From an uncultured Clostridia bacterium (GTDB lineage Bacteria; Bacillota; Clostridia; TANB77; CAG-508), in contig CALXRW010000004.1 of NCBI GenBank assembly GCA_944390965.1, positions 986 through 64,985 on the forward strand: DNA of 64,000 nucleotides, written 5' to 3'. The notes under the pieces were generated by a model. The model was not told the origin of the DNA and ran no database searches. It saw only the letters and a program-made list of their open reading frames with translations. The number at the start of each line of letters is the position of its first letter. The first letter of the stretch is position 1. Of this stretch, positions 61,808 through 64,000 are shown one piece after another. The translations under genes were made by a program, and so were the position numbers.

Positions 61808-61846
61808 TTCGTAGCCGTGCATTTTATCCAGTTAGACTATAGCCGC
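61808..61846 (-). pseudogene. 5' half of a split tRNA-Arg(ACG)
   Basis: GCGGCTA TAGTCTAACTGGATAAAAT G CACGG CT ACG AA; extended -10 TGnTATAAT at 61858-61866. Confidence 0.85.
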
Positions 61847-61910
61847 TTGACTTTTTTATTATAACATATATTTTTTCATTTTAATAGCTTTTTCCTAAAA
61901 AAACTCAACT

Positions 61911-62007
61911 TTTTTGAACCAAGGGACGTGAACCAAGGGACGGACTTTTTGTTCATTTCAATGAACAAAAAGTCCGTCCCTTGGTTCACCTTGGTTCACT
62001 TGGTTCG
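61911..62007. repeat. Palindromic GAACCAAGGGACG repeat element
   Basis: gtgaaccaagggacggactttttgttcatt..aatgaacaaaaagtccgtcccttggttcac; partial copies at 60117-60141 and ~61514-61540. Confidence 0.8.
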
Positions 62008-62022
62008 AATTTCTTAAATGAG

Positions 62023-62742
62023 TTATCTTTTATATGCAGATATGATATAAACTTTAAATTCATCAAATGTTACATCTTCATAATCACTATCTGAAGGATA
62101 ATCTACATTTATATAAGCAGCTCCACCATTAGCTTCTATTTTTTCATCATAAATGCTTCCATCTTCTATGCCTACAACAGAGCCCTCTTTTAGAAAGACA
62201 ACATTAATTTTCATAGAATCTAATTCGGCATCATTATTATTAACAATTGTCACTGCAATTTCTTCATTTGTGTCGCTTGCTTTTACTTCAAAATTTTCTG
62301 AAAGATATGTATAAAGTGGCTCTCCTAGCATTATCTCTATTTCGCTTTTTGAATATTCGCTAAAATTATTGTCATATCCCCATACATAGGTAACTACTTC
62401 ATTATTTGCAGGAATGCAAAAATAACTATCATAAGTATTTTCCTTTTTTACAAAATTGCCTTCTGCATCAAAAAATCTTACACTTACATCATCAACATAA
62501 ACTGGTACATCATTATTATTTTTTAATTTTATTACATAGTCACCACTTTGTGTTATTCCCATAACTTCTTTTTCTATATTTTTCTTTAGTTCTTCCATTG
62601 CTTGTTCTTCATCTTCTATTGTTTCTGGTTCTGTATAAGTAGGATTCATTCCTTCGCCATTACCAGATGAACATCCTGTCAAAATGAACATTCCAATTAA
62701 TAAAATTAAAATAGCTAAAACAACTACTTTTAAATTTTTCAT
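62023..62742 (-). CDS. Lipoprotein with two Ig-like (FxLYD-like) domains
   Basis: Lipobox ILTGC; LKNNND..V.V.F.D..G..V; GGAGG RBS. Confidence 0.7.
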   Translation of the reverse strand: MKNLKVVVLAILILLIGMFILTGCSSGNGEGMNPTYTEPETIEDEEQAMEELKKNIEKEVMGITQSGDYVIKLKNNNDVPVYVDDVSVRFFDAEGNFVKKENTYDSYFCIPANNEVVTYVWGYDNNFSEYSKSEIEIMLGEPLYTYLSENFEVKASDTNEEIAVTIVNNNDAELDSMKINVVFLKEGSVVGIEDGSIYDEKIEANGGAAYINVDYPSDSDYEDVTFDEFKVYIISAYKR

Positions 62743-62839
62743 AATTTTACCTCCATACAATATTTTTTATTTTTTTATTATATACTAGCATATAATAAAT
62801 TACAATAGGAATTCTAATTTTTGCTCATTCTTTTTTTAC

Positions 62840-62877
62840 AAACATATGTTTACATTTGTGATGTTTTATGTTATAAT
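62840..62877 (+). promoter_or_regulatory. sigmaA promoter overlapped by a LexA (Cheo)-box-like palindrome
   Basis: AAACATATGTTT (62840-62851) overlapping TTTACA-N17-TATAAT, upstream of a Y-family polymerase. Confidence 0.55.
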
Positions 62878-62913
62878 AATTTTGTTAGTATTCAAAGGAG
62901 GAGATAATAAAAA

Positions 62914-64000
62914 ATGCATGAACAACATATTTATGTATCTATTGATTTAAAGAGCTTTTACGCTTCTGTAGAGTGTAGAGAACGTGGTCTTAATCCTATG
63001 ACTACTAATTTGGTGGTAGCAGATAAAAGTAGAACTGAAAAAACAATTTGCTTAGCAGTTAGTCCTGCTCTTAAAGCTTATGGTATTCCAGGAAGAGTAA
63101 GATTGTTTGAAGTAGTACAAAAGGTAAAAGAAATTAATATGAGCCGAAAATTAAAAGCTCCTAATCATTCTTTTACAGGTTTATCCTATGATGATACTGC
63201 TTTAAGAAAAAATGCAGACTTAGAATTAACTTACTTAATCGCACCTCCCCGTATGGCTTATTATATGAAATATAGTACTAAAATCTACAATATTTATTTA
63301 CAATGGTTTTCCTCTGAGGATATTTATGTTTATTCTATTGATGAAGTTTTTATTGAACTTACTCCCTATTTACAAGTCTATCATTTATCTCCAAAAGAGT
63401 TAGTAACAAAAGTTCTTCAGGACGTATTTGAAAAAACAGGAATTACAGCAACTGCAGGAATAGGAACTAATCTTTATCTTTGCAAGGTAGCCATGGACAT
63501 TGTTGCTAAACACGTAGAACCTAATAAAAATGGAGTTAGAATCGCTAGTCTCTCTGAAATGACCTATAGAAGGCTCCTTTGGAATCACAGACCTTTAACG
63601 GATTTTTGGAGAGTAGGAAATGGATATCGTAAGAAATTAGAAAACCATGGAATTTATACTATGGGAGACGTTGCAAGAACTTCTATCCAGAATGAAGAAT
63701 TATTATATAAATTATTTGGCGTGAATGCTGAATTGTTAATTGACCATAGCTGGGGTTGGGAACCTTGTACTCTAAAACAAGTAAAGTCTTATAAACCTGA
63801 AACTAATAGTATTAGTTCTGGACAAGTTTTACATTGTCCTTATGATTATGAAAAAACAAAACTTATTGTAAAAGAAATGGCAGAATTACTTGCTCTTGAC
63901 TTAGTAGAAAAAAATTTAGTTACTAATCAACTTGTATTGACAATTGGATATGACACTGAAAACTTAACAAACCCTTTTATTCGTTCTTCTTATAAGGGTG
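62914..64000 (+). CDS. Y-family DNA polymerase (ImpB/MucB/SamB, UmuC-like), runs off window end
   Basis: MHEQHIYVSIDLKSFYASVEC..ICLAVS..APPRM..Y..YSIDEVF..TAGIGTNL..KVAMD; AGGAGG RBS. Confidence 0.9.
   Translation, partial: MHEQHIYVSIDLKSFYASVECRERGLNPMTTNLVVADKSRTEKTICLAVSPALKAYGIPGRVRLFEVVQKVKEINMSRKLKAPNHSFTGLSYDDTALRKNADLELTYLIAPPRMAYYMKYSTKIYNIYLQWFSSEDIYVYSIDEVFIELTPYLQVYHLSPKELVTKVLQDVFEKTGITATAGIGTNLYLCKVAMDIVAKHVEPNKNGVRIASLSEMTYRRLLWNHRPLTDFWRVGNGYRKKLENHGIYTMGDVARTSIQNEELLYKLFGVNAELLIDHSWGWEPCTLKQVKSYKPETNSISSGQVLHCPYDYEKTKLIVKEMAELLALDLVEKNLVTNQLVLTIGYDTENLTNPFIRSSYKG

Noticed and set aside
61795-61846. Complete frameshift-suppressor tRNA with an expanded anticodon loop
   Set aside because: A weak CACGG/CTTGTG stem is possible, but no T arm or acceptor 3' strand follows locally, and the anticodon is ACG.
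61911-62007. CRISPR array
   Set aside because: Palindromic short repeats without unique spacers; no cas genes.
1875-63588. Many 60-160 aa ORFs antisense to or overlapping long genes (e.g. 1898-2299, 11780-12055, 43855-44343, 61571-61864, 63400-63588)
   Set aside because: Shadow ORFs of AT-rich coding strands or of the tRNA; no RBS or family motifs.

Overview
Very AT-rich Firmicutes/Clostridia-type chromosomal region, mostly minus-strand. Sporulation-type genes and 'KGITLxALVxTIIVLxILAG' pilin-leader surface proteins suggest an uncultured gut clade such as TANB77 (inference). Contents: surface/defence genes (GLUG pilin-leader protein, large NTPase, GmrSD-like nuclease); comEA/dac/LCP; a CDP-3,6-dideoxysugar plus Gtr-type glycosylation locus; a ~24 kb T4SS-like cluster (VirB4, PrgI, 3 VirB6-like, 7 VirB2/TrbC-like pilins, a multi-domain wall hydrolase) with no relaxase, coupling protein or integrase in view; ltaS-like, lgt, two M16 peptidases, tRNA-Arg(ACG) and a Y-family polymerase. 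Main observation: eight genes are broken by the same event. An in-frame CGG is followed by a nearby stop, and skipping its C (reading CGGN as Gly GGN) restores the ORF, in six cases completing a recognisable family motif or domain. I found no in-frame CGG in any intact ORF by manual scan. This points to systematic +1 frameshifting or four-base decoding at CGG. Also found: a second tRNA-Arg(ACG) gene split at its anticodon loop by a 1.7 kb insert that carries a replacement tRNA-Arg, and an (AC)10 leader peptide plus terminator that could be a phase-variable attenuator.
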